Source of the DNA: an uncultured delta proteobacterium
Lineage (GTDB): Bacteria > Myxococcota_A > Polyangia > Polyangiales > Polyangiaceae
NCBI GenBank assembly: GCA_963850305.1
Contig: CAWKKR010000005.1
Location: forward strand, 64,001 to 128,000
DNA: 64,000 bases
Reading direction: 5' to 3'
Position 1 is the stretch's first letter, and every line of letters starts with the position of its first letter. A model generated the notes under the pieces. It was not told where the DNA came from, ran no database searches, and worked only from the letters and a program-made list of their open reading frames with translations. The translations under genes and the position numbers were made by a program. Positions 9,056-21,715 of this stretch are shown here, piece after piece.

Positions 9056-9496
9056 TCAGCGACGGAGCAGGAACGGAAGCACGAAAAAAAGGAACACCAG
9101 CAGCTCGATCAGAAGCGTAACTCCTGAGATCGGTCTGGGCGTCGAACCATTGTGCGCTCGCCGACGAAACAGCTTGGGCACCTGTGACCCCGCCATGCAC
9201 GAAGCGGCTCCGAGAAAGAGGACCACACCCATGGACCGACTCGGCTCGTGGAAGAACCAGCCGAGCCCAGCGACCAGACCCACGACGGAACCAATGTTCA
9301 AGGCGGCGGCAGACGAAGCGACCGAGATCGCACCGCCGATGCCAAGGCCGATTGCAACAGAAGCCAGGTAACGCCAGGTGAGCGGATACGGACTCCAGGC
9401 AATGGCGAGCAAGGCGGCGTTCAACAATACGACGATCACGAGGACCGGTTGGCCGGAAGGTTGGCCCGATCCGCCGTCTCGGTTCCCGTCGGACAC
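9056..9496 (-). CDS. Multi-pass membrane protein, candidate immunity protein
   Basis: GTG start 1 nt after the stop of the teneurin-like gene. 4-5 hydrophobic segments. Confidence 0.6.
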   Translation of the reverse strand: MSDGNRDGGSGQPSGQPVLVIVVLLNAALLAIAWSPYPLTWRYLASVAIGLGIGGAISVASSAAALNIGSVVGLVAGLGWFFHEPSRSMGVVLFLGAASCMAGSQVPKLFRRRAHNGSTPRPISGVTLLIELLVFLFFVLPFLLRR

Positions 9497-9497
9497 G

Positions 9498-12400
9498 TCA
9501 GAAACCCTGTCCGCCGCCCGAGGCTCCACCAGATCCACCGAGAGAACCTGTCCCCTCGGCCCCACATTGCGGACCTGGGGGAGGCGGACTCGGGGGAGGA
9601 TCGCAGCTCGGAGCGAGTCCGCAGAGGGCACAGATCGGGACGCACCCCAGCCGAATGGCATTGCACGCCCCGGCACCCTCACCCAAAGAAAGCGCGATGC
9701 ATCTGGCCACCGCCACAGACGACGCCTTCCAGCAAGCAGCACAAGCCGCACAGAGATCGTCGGTGGGACAGAGTCCCGACCGATCCGCACCGTTGACGGG
9801 GTCGTCACCTCGATAAGCGTACCGGTTCAAGCTCCGGAGCGGATCTTTCGTAGTCCACCGGCCAGTCTCCGGCTCGTAGTCTCTCGCTGAAAATCGAACG
9901 AGGCCACTGTCCGGATCGTAGAGCCCCGCCGCAAAGCCAAGCGGCTGAAAGCCAGGACTCGTATCGCCAGCAACCCTGCCCCATTCATCAACATCGAACC
10001 GCTCGGCAACCGCTCCCGTTGCCACGTTCACTACCAATCGGGGTGTCCCGATGTGATCGGTTGCGATTCGGTACAGATTTCCGGCTTGCACCATGTAGGC
10101 CGGGGCATCCAACGGAATCCGCGAGTCGGCACTTCGAAGCCTTTCCGTGAGGATGTCCGGCACACGGAGCCCCAGCCTTGTGAGCACCGTCTTGACGCTG
10201 CTCTCCTCACTCCCCGTCCCATCCGCCCAAACAAACCTGCTCACGACGTTCCCCGCCCCATCCAGTCTCCGCGACGATCCTGAGATCGTCGGCGTAGAGC
10301 CATCCCTTCACGAGCACGCCGTCGATCTTCTTCCCGACCCGCCTCCCCATGCCGTCGATGACGTAATCGATCGCCCTCCCATCTGGCAGATCGACGTGCG
10401 TCAGATTCCCGAGCGCGTCGTACGTATACGTCGTCGTCTGCCCCGAGGACGTATCCGTCTTCGTCCGGAGCGCGCCGTCCGTCGTGTACGTGTACGTCAG
10501 TGTCCCGTACGTGAGCAGCCGGTCCTGCGCGTCGTATGTCCCCGCGCTGGTCGTCCCGTGCTCGACGTCGGTGAACAGCGTCCGATTGCCGTTGGCGTCG
10601 TACGCATACGTCCTGACCGCCGCGCCATTCTCGGCGACGCTGATGAGGCGTCCGACCTGGTCGTACCCGTACTCGGTGACGGTGGTCGTGCCCTGGATGG
10701 TCTCGGTTTTCTGCTGAATGCGTCCGAGCGCATCGCGCGCGTACGAGACGCTGTACAAGTCGCTCGACCCGAACTTCGCGTCGTAGGATGCGACCTCTCC
10801 AAACTGGTCGTACGTGCGGGCGTCCGTCACTGAGCCGAGCGTCGTGGTCTGGAGGCGCGGCGCAGTCGGATCGTACGTGAGCGCCATCGAACCCGCCGGT
10901 GTCGCGACGCTGGTGACGAGGCCGTCGTTGTCGTAGCCGAGGGTAGCTTTCGTCGTGGCGTCGCCGTCGATGGTCTCTGTCGCGACTCGGAGGAAATGGT
11001 CGTAGGTGCGCGCGACGCTGCCGCTCACGGCGCCGCTCCAGGTGGTGCCCGTCAGGAGCTTTCCGTCGTATGCGTAGGCGAGATTGACGCCGTACGGGCC
11101 AGTAGCGCTGGTCAGCCTGCCGGTGGTCGCGCTGTACCCGAGCGTCTCGGTGCCGGTGGGGAGGGTCACGGTCCGCATGCGGCCCGACGAATCGTAGCCC
11201 ATCGTGACGGCGGAGCCATCGGCACGATCGACTTCCGTCGGATGGCCGTCGAGATCGTAGGCGTAGCTCGTCGTGGCAGGGCCGTTGCCGTCTCCGGTGT
11301 CGGGGGCGGTGTAGCTCTCGAGTCGGTTGTCCGGCGTGTACGAGAAGAGGTGCGAGGGTTTGCCGGGCGGCGTGACGCTCGTGAGGTTGCCGAGAGCGTC
11401 GTAACCGAAGCCGACGACCGTCCCGTCGGCGCGGTGGTGGGCGGTGACGCGCCCACGGCGTCGTGGTCGTAGGTTTCGGTCTGGCCGAGGGCGTCGGTGA
11501 CGGAGGCGAGGTTGCCGTCGAGAGTCGTAGGCGTTGGTGGTGGTGCGGGTGTCTTGAGTGATGGCCTGGAGATGGCCTCGGGGGTCGTAGAAGAAGTCGA
11601 CGGGAGCGAGGCCAGCAGTCGTGACTTCCAGTGGACGACCCTGTCCGTCCACCGCGGTTGTCGTGATGCGGCCGGCCGCGGACGTTGCCGTCTCTGTCTT
11701 CGATGGTCCGGTAAACGCCGCCACGCTCTGAAGGCCGTTGATCGCCGAACTGTCGGAGTAGCTCTGGAGGTTGAATGGATCGCTGTTGACGGTCGTCACG
11801 GATTGCGCGTCCGCGGTTGCGAGGGTGACGCCGGATGGCGTCGTGAGCGTGGTGCTGGTGGCGATGGGTCCGACCATGCCCCAGCGCGCGGAGGCGCCGA
11901 GTACGGCGGTCGTCGTCGTGCCGTCCGGGACGGTCGTGGTGCTGGTCTGCGTGGACACGTGACGCTGCCGGACGATGGGGAGGCCGTCGTCGATGACGTT
12001 GGTGTCGACGAGATCGCCAGTCGGAAGCGTCTCGGTGGAATAGGTGGCGGTGACGCCGAGCGTGGTCTGGCGCGTCACGGTGAAGCCGCTGCTGTCGGTG
12101 GTGCGGGTGAGGTTTTTGACGACGCCAGCGGGGGATTGGTCCCGAATGATATAGCCGTTGGGGTCCCAGTCGAATTGGTGGACGCCGCCGCGAGCGTCTT
12201 GCATCTGGGTCATCAGGCCATCTGGCGTGTAGGTAAACCGGCTCACGGCGCCAGCCGGGTCGGTGACTTGAGAGAGGAATCCATCGTCATCGAGCGCCAG
12301 GGAGGTGGTGTGGCCGTACGGGCCGACGATGGTGTTCGGGTTGCCGGCGAGATCGCGCTGAATGGTAGTCTGGTTGCCGTCGCCGTCGGTCACACTGACG

Positions 12401-15400
12401 AGATGGCCGTCGGAATCGTATCCGAAGCTGAACAAGGTGCCGCCCGTGAGGGCGCTCCGAGTGCGAAGATGGCGGCCGTTGGCGTCGAATTCGTACACCT
12501 GCTCGCCATCCTCGGAAGGGATGAGAATGTCCGCGGAGAGGACACCTCCCGGCAGCGGCGGATGGATGCGGCGGATCGTGTCATCCTCGAGACTCAGGAG
12601 GAGCGAGCCATCGGGAGCGAGGGTGAAGCTGAAAAAATGTCCGATGGGCGCCCGCCCTGCCGGAACGCTGTCCGGTACCGCCGCGTGCGCCACGTCCCCG
12701 GTACCGACCAGCGTGTTGATGATCCCACTCGGCGAGACGGTTCGAAGACGGAAGTTTCCCCAGTCTTCGAAATAGAGGGTGCCGTCGGGCCCTATCTCCA
12801 GGTGCTCCGGCAAAGCCAATAGGGCCTCGGTCGCGGGCCCACCATCTCCAGAGTACCCAGGCCCGGCAGCCTGGTACACGCCAGCAACGATGGAGACCTT
12901 CCCATCCGGGGACAGGCGTCCTATCAAGGCGCGCGCACTCTGAGTGAAGTACACGCTTCCGTCCGCGCCGACGGCGAGCCCGCCGTCGAGGTTGCTGTCG
13001 TTGACGACATTCGACAGGTTCGGGACCAGCGTACGGATCGTGCCGTCACAGGCGATCTGCCTCAAACCGCCTTGCACGAGCCCATCTTGGTCAAGCACGT
13101 AGACCGAGCAGTCCGGACCGGAAGCGACGGCCACGATGCTGCAGAAAGTCGCCGCCGTGGCAGGTCCCCCATCGCCGGAGTAACAGCCGTTGCTCGGGAG
13201 TTTGGGATCGACGACGCCGCCAGCGATGGTAATCATGGTTCCGTCCGCCTGAAGCCGGCGAAGGCGCGGAATGGGGACGCTCGTGGTTCTTGAGTTGACT
13301 TGGTCGGCCACCAGCAGAGTATCAGCCTGCTCACCGGTCAGAAGTGCAGAACCACAAACCCCGGCGACGCTCGCTGACGCGCCGTTGGGAGGCAGGCTGC
13401 CCGCGTCGCAGGACGCTCCTGCGGAAGGCATGATTAGCGAAACCAGTCCTGATTGAGCGTCGATCCGGTGCACGCCGGTCGCGCTACTGAAGTAGACGTC
13501 GCCGTTCGCCATCGCGACAACGGACGTGGGGGCCATCTCGGAGTAAAGCCGAGGGACACCATCGGTTACGCCTGCACCAAAGTACGGTATCCCCGCAAAC
13601 CGTTCCATGACGGCTCCGGCGGCGGCGACGTTTCGAGTCGTTCCATCTCCCTTGTACAACGTCGGTCCGTACGGGTCGTACCAGTGGTGGACGTCGACCG
13701 TCCACCCAGCGACGTCGGTTTCGCGGGCGTCCTCGGTTCCGAGGGTCATGTTCGTCGTCGTCCAGATGATGTATTCGCTGCGCGCCCGGTCCGTCGTGAG
13801 CGAGACGTTCGGCTGGGCCGAATACTGCGCGAATGCGTTGGCGACATCGGACGGCGGAGCGTAAACGGCGGGGACGATCCGCCCGACGCGCACGACAGCC
13901 GGTTGACTTCCAGTGAGCACCCGTCCGTACGCATCCTGGCCATCCCACTCGAAGACGTAGTTCTGGTTGGGTTCGGCCGGGAAGCTCTGCTGGAACGTGC
14001 GCCCCGCGACATCGACCTCCAGATCGAATCCGACCGTCGTGCTGCCAATCTCGGAGCCCGATATCGGAATGTTGATCGTGCGCGCAATCCGCCGCCCCGG
14101 AACTCGGTCGCTGCGGTAGGTCAGGTTCATGTTCGTTCCGGCGACATGGAGCGATTCGCCCATCGTCTGGTCTTGCATGCTGAGACTGGAGCCCGGCTCG
14201 TTGCACATGGCCCCAGTGCCTCCCCCTCCGGGGCCAGGGCCGGGCGAGCCGCCGGGGCCGCCGCCGCTGCCGGTCCCACCGTTTCCAGGAGGATCGTCAG
14301 GTTCGTAGGGCCAGTTCGCGTCCGCGCCGGTCCAATGCGACAGTGGCGCTCGCCAGAGCTGAGTGCCCGGCGCGTACGTCTGCGCGAGCTGTTGCCGCTC
14401 CGCGTCCGTGATCCCCATCGTGGCCAGCTCCGCGTCGCTCGCCTGTGAGCCGGATCCATCGACGCTCAGATCGGCGAGCCCGTTCATCACTGCAAGGATT
14501 TGGATGACTACACCGTTTGGCTGCGGCACCCAGCACCCGGTGATGCGATCGTATGTCCCGATGGGCACGATGGTGCCGACAGGGAAATGGAGAAAATTCT
14601 CCACGTAGAGGGGCACGGCGCGGTCGAAGGTTACCGTCGTGGCGCCCGCGGCAACGGCCTCGTCGGCGGTCAGCTCGACGGCGTAGGTATACCCTGAAGC
14701 TGCAGGCAGGACCCCCGGCATCCTCTCCGGACCCTCCGGGCCCACGGTAAACTCGGTCGCGTGCACGGTGATCGAGTCGAGCGGTTGCGAGGTGCCGTCT
14801 GGGAGCACCATCGTGGCATTCGTTCCCGGTTCGAAGAAGACGCGCGCTTGCCGCGTTCCGTCGTCATCGGACACCGGACTTCCCGCCGCGACCTGCAAGT
14901 CTGGGTTTCCGAGCGTGACGACCGTAGCCACCGGGTCTACCGCAACCAACACAACGTCCTCGAGCACGACCGAATCGTTCCAAGGGAGCGAAACCTTTCG
15001 CTGCGCGGTCAGGAATCCAGGGTTCGAGAACTGGACGATCGATTGTCCCCCGCCATTCACGACGAGGTCGTACATGCCGTCGGCGCGCGTGCGCGTGCCG
15101 CCGAGTTCCGGATGCCCTTCGATCTGTACGGCAACCCCGGATAGAGGCGCGTTGTTGGCGTCGAGCACGCGGCCTCGGACTACCGCAGCGCGGACAGGGT
15201 TGATCGTACCGGGCAGAACGCCCGTCTGGATCGGGTGATCGCCCGAGATGAGGAACGAGACGCGATCGAGGAGCGAAAGATTGGTGGTCAGGTTGACCGG
15301 CGGCGCGATCGTTGCCGGATCGGGCGGCACGACGGGGACGCAGGCGTCGGCACCGTTACAATACGCCGACGGGCCGCAGACAGTCCCGTTCGCGGCCAGG

Positions 15401-18400
15401 GGATGCGAGACGCCTCGAAGTGGGTCGCAGAGGTCCTGCGTACACGGATCTCCGTCGTCCGTGGCGACAGGTGTGCCGGATTGGCACTGACCGGCAGCGC
15501 TGCACACTTCGTTCCCGTTGCAGACATTGCCGTCCGAGCAGGAGCTGCCCGCGGGCAAAACGACGTGCGTCACTCCCGCGTTCGGATCGCAGGCGTCCGT
15601 GGTGCACGGATTGCCGTCGTCGATCGCGACGGGTTGACCCGTGCACGCGCCGCCTGCGCACGCGTCGCTCGTCGTGCACGCGTTGGCGTCGGAGCACGAG
15701 GTGCCGTCTGCAATCGCGACGTGGACGACGCCGGTCGCGGGATTGCACGAGTCGATTGTGCAGGGGTTCCCGTCGTTCGAGTCGAGCGGTGTGCCGGCCC
15801 GGCAATAGCCAGTGCCGCTGCACGTCTCGGTTCCGTTGCACTGGTTCGCATCGGCGCAGCTCGTGCCAGCTGCGGACGGAGAATGCAGGACGCCCTTGAT
15901 GGGATCGCAAGAATCGTCGGTGCACAGATTGTTGTCGGACAGGATGGGGGCCGTGCCGGGCAAACAGAGGCCGTGCGAGTCACAGATCTCGGCGCCGTTG
16001 CAGAAGTTACCGTCCGAGCAGGACGCGCCGGCAGGTGCGAGCGTGTGCGTCACGCCGAGCGCCGGATCACAGCTATCCACCGTGCACGGATCCCCGTCAT
16101 CGATGACCGGCGCGCTACCCGCCAGACAATCGCCGCTCGCGTCGCAAAGTTCCAGGCCGTTGCAGGCGTTGTCGTCGGAGCACGAAGTTCCGGCCGCTGC
16201 GAGTACGTGAGTGACCGCTCCCGATGCGGGGGCGCAAGCATCGGTCGTACAGGGATTTCCGTCGTCGACGTCGAGGGGCGTACCCGAGCAAAGGCCGCTC
16301 GTGCAGCGTTCGTGTGTCGTGCAGAAGTTGCCGTCGCTACACGCCGAGCCATCCGGGAACGGCGTGTGCGTGACGCCCTTGACGGGATCGCAAGCGTCCG
16401 CCGTACACGGATTGCCGTCGTCGACAGGGGTGGCTTCGGCGCTCGCCTGGCAGACGCCGGACTCACAGGTTTCGGTGCCGTTGCAGAGGTTGTTGTCGGG
16501 ACAGGCGGTGCCATCAGGAACGGCAACGTGCGTGACGTTGCCGCTGACGGGGTCGCACGCGTCGGCCGTGCACGGGTTGCCGTCGTCGATGCTGAGCGGG
16601 GTGCCGGCGGTGCAGGCGCCGTCGGCGCAGAGTTCGACGCCGTTGCAAGCATCGCTATCGGGACACGGGGTGCCGTCGGGGAGAGCACCGCTTCCCGAAG
16701 TGGTGCTGGTGCAGAAGGTGCCCGTGCACGAGCCGGAATTGGCGCGCGTTACGCACTGGGGCGGGAAGGAGGCGCCGGCACCCACGGTGCAAGTGCCGTT
16801 GCAGGTGCCGTCGGTGCTGGCACAAGGCGCCCCCGTGTCGGCGAGAGCGATAGCACGGGAGGCAGGGTCGCAACTATCGGCGGTGCAGTTGCAGGAAACG
16901 GTGGTGCACGGGTTGTCGTCTTCAGCGCAAACCTGCTGGCACTGGAAGAGAGCGTCGTCCTGCGACGAGCAGGCGCCGAAGATCATGTCGCACGACGTGA
17001 ACTGCGACGCCGCCGCGCAGCCCAGGAAGGACGTCGACTGCGTCGCGCACGCCCCCGTCGCAAGGTTACAGTCGCGCAGGCACTCCGAGGGATCCACGCA
17101 GCCCGCCGCTGCGAGTCCCTGACAGGCTGTCAGACACGCGGAACCCGTAGCGGGCACGCAGGCGCCGGTGGCGTCGCAGACGGAGTGGTCGTTGCAAGGA
17201 AGCCCTGGAGTGATGACGTGCGTCGGCACTCCGGAGGCGTCACAGGCATCGACGGTGCATGGGTTTCCGTCGGGAGCGGGAACGCAATGCCCGGCGGTGC
17301 ACGTCAGCGCGCGCGCGAGAGAGTCTTCGCAGCCGTTCGCAGTGAAGAGCGGAATCGAATGGCCTGCGACACTTAAGGTCTGTCCGGGGAAGCATTCCCA
17401 TTGCGGGTTCTGCCCCGCGCAGGTGAAGTATGAACTCCAGTCATCCGCGCAGCCCGGGGCTTCGGTCGCTTGCACGCAAGTCGCCAGACAGTTCGCCGGT
17501 GCGCAGCCCGCTTGGGTGAGTGACGCGCAGAGGTCGACGCACGGGACCGCTCCCGGACCTGCTTCGGCGCAGACGAAGGCGCGGTCCGACTGCTGCTCAC
17601 AGCCGTTGACGGCGAAGTTGAGCTCCCCGGTGCATTCCGTCCGAGGCGCGGGGCCCGCGCAAGCGTCGAGCGCCGCGAAGACGCTGTCGCAACCGGTCGC
17701 GGCAGAGCACACTTCGGACACGCAGTCCTGCTGGGTGAGCCCGAGGCATCCAGATCCGCTGAGGTCGGAGCAGAAGCTCGGACAACCGGAGAGCTCAGTA
17801 CAGGTGCCATCGCCATCGCAAGCCGCGTCGCTGCCGCACGCGGTCCCCACGCAAGCGGGCGCGTGGGTCGTACCCGTGGTCGGATCGCAGGTGTCGATGG
17901 TGCACGGGTTGCCGTCGTCGACCGCGACGCACCCACCGCTCGTCGTGCAGGTCGCGAGAATCGCTGAACGCGCCGTCGCATCCGGCAACGGTGAAGGGCG
18001 CCGGACCTCCGGGCGTGCACGTGACAGCCGGCGTCACGCCCGCGCATTGGTTCAATTCTTGTAGCGTGCTGCCGCACGCGCCGGACGCGCTCGCCGAGCA
18101 ATACTGGGCATCGCACGCAGCCTGAGTGAGGCCCGGCACGCATCCCGCCGCGACGACGGCGGAGCAGATCCCATCGCACCCCCCTATGTCGACACACGCG
18201 CCCGTGGCGTCGCAGACACGATTGTCGAGGCAGGGACTGCCGGTCGCAGCGGGTGTATGCGTCGTCGCTCCGCTGGTCGGATCGCAGGTATCGACGGTGC
18301 ACGGGTTGCCGTCGTCGGCAGGCGTGCAAGCGCCGGTCGCGCATGCGAAGGTTTGCTGGACCTGCGTCGCGCAGCCATTCACCGAGAAGGACGCGACGCC

Positions 18401-21400
18401 GCCCGACGCGCAGGTCACTTGTGGCGCCGAGCCGGCGCATTGAAGTAGTGCGCCGAGGCTGCTCGAGCACGGCGCGCTCGCCGCGGGACCGACGCAGGTG
18501 TTGAAGCAATCGGTCTCGGATGAACAGCCGGCGGCGGCGACGGCCGTGCAGAGATCGGCGCAGCCGGTAGCGCCGGGCCCGCCGTCTTCGCACGCGGCGA
18601 GCTCGAGCGCGCTCGTGTCGCAGCCTTGAATCGTGTATCCGAGCGGGCCGCCACACGCAACGGCGGGCGTCGACCCGGCGCACGTCGTCAATGCCGTCAG
18701 CGCGCTGCCGCAACTCGATGCTGTGGAGCCCTGGCAGAGCGACGCTTCGCAGTCGGACTCCGAGAAAACGCCGGGGCAGCCCGCGGCCGCAATCGCCGTG
18801 CAGGTGGTCTTGCAGCCGGGGACGTTCTTGCAGTCGCCGTCGCCGTCGCAGGTCGCGTTGTCGCCGCAGGACGTGCCGGCCGCGACTGGTAAATGCTGCG
18901 GGCCGTTCACGGGGTCGCACGTGTCGAGCGTGCAAGGGTTCGCGTCGCCGAAGACCGGGCACGGATTTCCTTCGGCGTCGCACGCAAGGTTCGCCTGGAG
19001 CTGCTGTTCGCACCCGACCACCGTGAACGGCGCGCTCCCCCCAGTCGTGCACGTCACGGTCGGGGTCGAGCCCGTGCAAGCCGTCAGGGCCGCGAACTCG
19101 GTCTGACAGGTGCCGCTTGCTGGGAGCGTGGCGCACTCGCCGAGGCACTGGTCCGTCATGAGGCCGCAGTTCGCGACCGCTTCCGCCGAGCACAGAATCC
19201 GCGCAGCCCGGAACGTCGCCGCCGAGCACCTGGCACGCATGCACGGCCGCGGCTTCACGCTCGCAGCCGGTGACCGAGAACCCCAGATCGCCGCTGCAAG
19301 AGATCGCGGGGGAAGTTCCGGCACAGGCGACGAGCGCCGCGATGTCGTCCCCGCATTGCACGGCGGTCTGCTGGGAGTCGAGCACGTCTTCGCAGTCGAG
19401 CCCGGTCGTCGAGCATCCGGCGCTCCCGACGGCGTTGCACAGCGTTGCCCCGGTCGCGACGCGCCCTTCTTTTTGACATGCGGTCAGGGCGAATTGCTTC
19501 GCGTCGCAACCGGTCACCGTGAACCCGGAGCTCCCGCCGCACGTTACTGTCGGCGAGGAGCCCGCACAGGAAACGGAATCCGAGAGCGGCGCGGCGCAGG
19601 TGGCGTCTTCGGTCCCAGGACAGAGCGAACTCTGGCATCCGTTCGCGTCGAGACCGGCGCCGCAGTTTGCGGACGCGACCGCCGAGCACAAGGACGAGCA
19701 CCCCGCCTGCACCTGGCAGATGCCTGAAGCATCGCACGTGCGGCCGAGGCCACACGCCGTGCCCGAAGGCAGGGGCGCGTGCGTGATGCCGTGCGCCGGG
19801 TCGCACGCATCGGCGGTACAAGGGTTACCATCGTCCGTGTTCACAGCGCCGAGCGAGAGGCATTCGCCGGTCAGATCGCAGAACTCGCTCCCGTTGCACG
19901 GGTTACCGTCCGAGCACGGCGCCCCATTCGCAAGTGGCGCGTGCATCGCGCCCGTCGCGGGATCGCACGAGTCCGCCGTGCAAGGATTGCCGTCGTCGAT
20001 GGCTACGGGAGTGCCGAGTTCGCACGTGCCGTTCGCATCGCAGAGTTCCAGGCCGTTGCACGCGTTGCCGTCGGAGCACGACGTCCCGGCGGCGACAGGC
20101 ACGTGGGCGACTCCGATCACGGGGTCGCACGAATCCGCGGTGCAGGGGTTTCCATCATCGATGACCGGCGGCGTCCCGGCCGTACAAGTGCCGGTTGCGC
20201 TGCACGTCTCGGAGCCATTGCAGGCATTGCCGTCGGAGCAAGAGGTTCCGAAGGAGACTGGCGTGTGCGTGACGCCGGTCGCCGGATCGCAGCTGTCGAC
20301 CGTGCATGGATTGCCGTCGTCAACGACGGGTGGCGTCCCAGCGGTACAAGTGCCCGTTGCGTTGCACGTCTCGGAGCCGTTACAGGCGTTTCCGTCGGAG
20401 CAAGAGGTCCCGGCGGACACAGGGGTGTGGGTGACTCCGACGGTCATGTCGCAAGCGTCCACGGTGCAGGGATTTGCGTCATCTACCGTGGGCGGCGTAC
20501 CGGCGCCGCACTGACCCGTCGTACCGCACGTTTCTGCTCCGTTGCAGGCGTTGCCATCCGAGCACGACGTGCCCGTAGCGACAGGCGCGTGCGCGCAGGC
20601 CCCCGACGCACACGTGTCTACTGTGCACGGGTTCGAATCGTCGCAAGACGTGGCGCCGCAGGTCGTGGACGAGAAACCGTCTTGGAATGTCGTCACCGAC
20701 CCCGTGCCCACGTCGACATCGCGAGCGAAGAACGCGCCCGTCAGGACGTCGCCCGTACCGACTACCAACGTGCCGTTCGCCACCAACACCAGCGCTTGGA
20801 CCTGGTTCCCGTCGCCGAACGCTGCCGCCTTCGGTGTCGCCGAAAGGGTGCCGCTTGTTCCGTTGATGCCCGATACCTCGACCTGGATACCGCTCGCACT
20901 GAGTGCTGGCGACGCCGGGCCGAGGAACGCGCCGCTGCCCATGCTCCACCGACCTGCCACGTGGATCTGCACGGCGCCCAGAGCCTGGACGCGAGCCCCC
21001 GCGCCAACCGTGACGCTTGCGACCTCGTAGAGCCCTGGTCCGAGTCCAAGAGTACTGCCAGCGTTCACCGTGACGTCTGCGTAGCGTCCTGGTGACGCGA
21101 CGACGGTCCCGCTTCCGACCATCAAGTTCGAGGTTCCCGCCGTTACCGCTGAGACCGCGGGCAATGCCGGTAGCTGCACCAGCGCTGTCACTCCACCGTG
21201 AATCGAGCCGGCGGCGGAAGAAAACTGAGCGGTCTGAACGTCACCCACGACCGCCCCTGATCCGAGGTGGACTGAATTCGCGATGAGATTTTGCGTCTTA
21301 TCGACGACAGCCCCTGCGAGCGTATCGATCGAGACGCCACCTGACAGGAAGGGCCCCGCGCCTGCACCGAGCGCCCCGATGTCGCCCGCGTGGAGGACGC

Positions 21401-21533
21401 TCCCCGATTGAAGGCGTACGCTGTTCGACGCTTCGATGACGAAGTCCGACGTCTTCGGAAAGCACGCGCACATCGGCGCACTTGGCCGACGTTCAGCGCT
21501 CGGTAGTTGCGCAGTTGCCCGGTCATCGGGCAC
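9498..21533 (-). CDS. Giant teneurin-like YD/RHS protein (~4000 aa), split by apparent indels near 19200, 17960, 11520/11455 and 10260
   Basis: Joined from ORFs 17373..21533, 17795..19324, 10207..17988 and 9498..10244. Contains DDGNPCTxDxC repeats, teneurin-type RAAVVRGRVLD..TRADGMYDLVVNGGG, NHL repeats (YSGDGGPAT), YD repeats and an RHS core (TDHIGTPRL, RDYEPETGRWTTKDP, DPVNGADRSGL). Confidence 0.88.
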
Positions 21534-21715
21534 TACCGGTCACTTCCGTCCAACGAGGACAATCGGCGCCGTCGCACGCCCGAACTAAGCGAGCGATCTC
21601 CTTGTCCGGACCGGGTCGGCGGCGGCTTCGGGAACGGTGAGTGCCGCAAATGGGACTTCTCTGTCTCTCTCAGTACCGTTTTTGGTACTTCGATCGGTGA
21701 TGAGGGTCGGCAAGA

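Noticed and set aside
15330..20670. Periodic DNA repeats as a CRISPR array
   Set aside because: They are degenerate in-frame coding repeats with no constant repeat/unique spacer pattern and no cas genes.
21672..21690. agtacc-N6-ggtact palindrome as a distal arm site of the tRNA-Val integrase
   Set aside because: Only 7 bp are shared with AGTGGTACTCAA and no tRNA core copy is nearby. It may simply be an operator.
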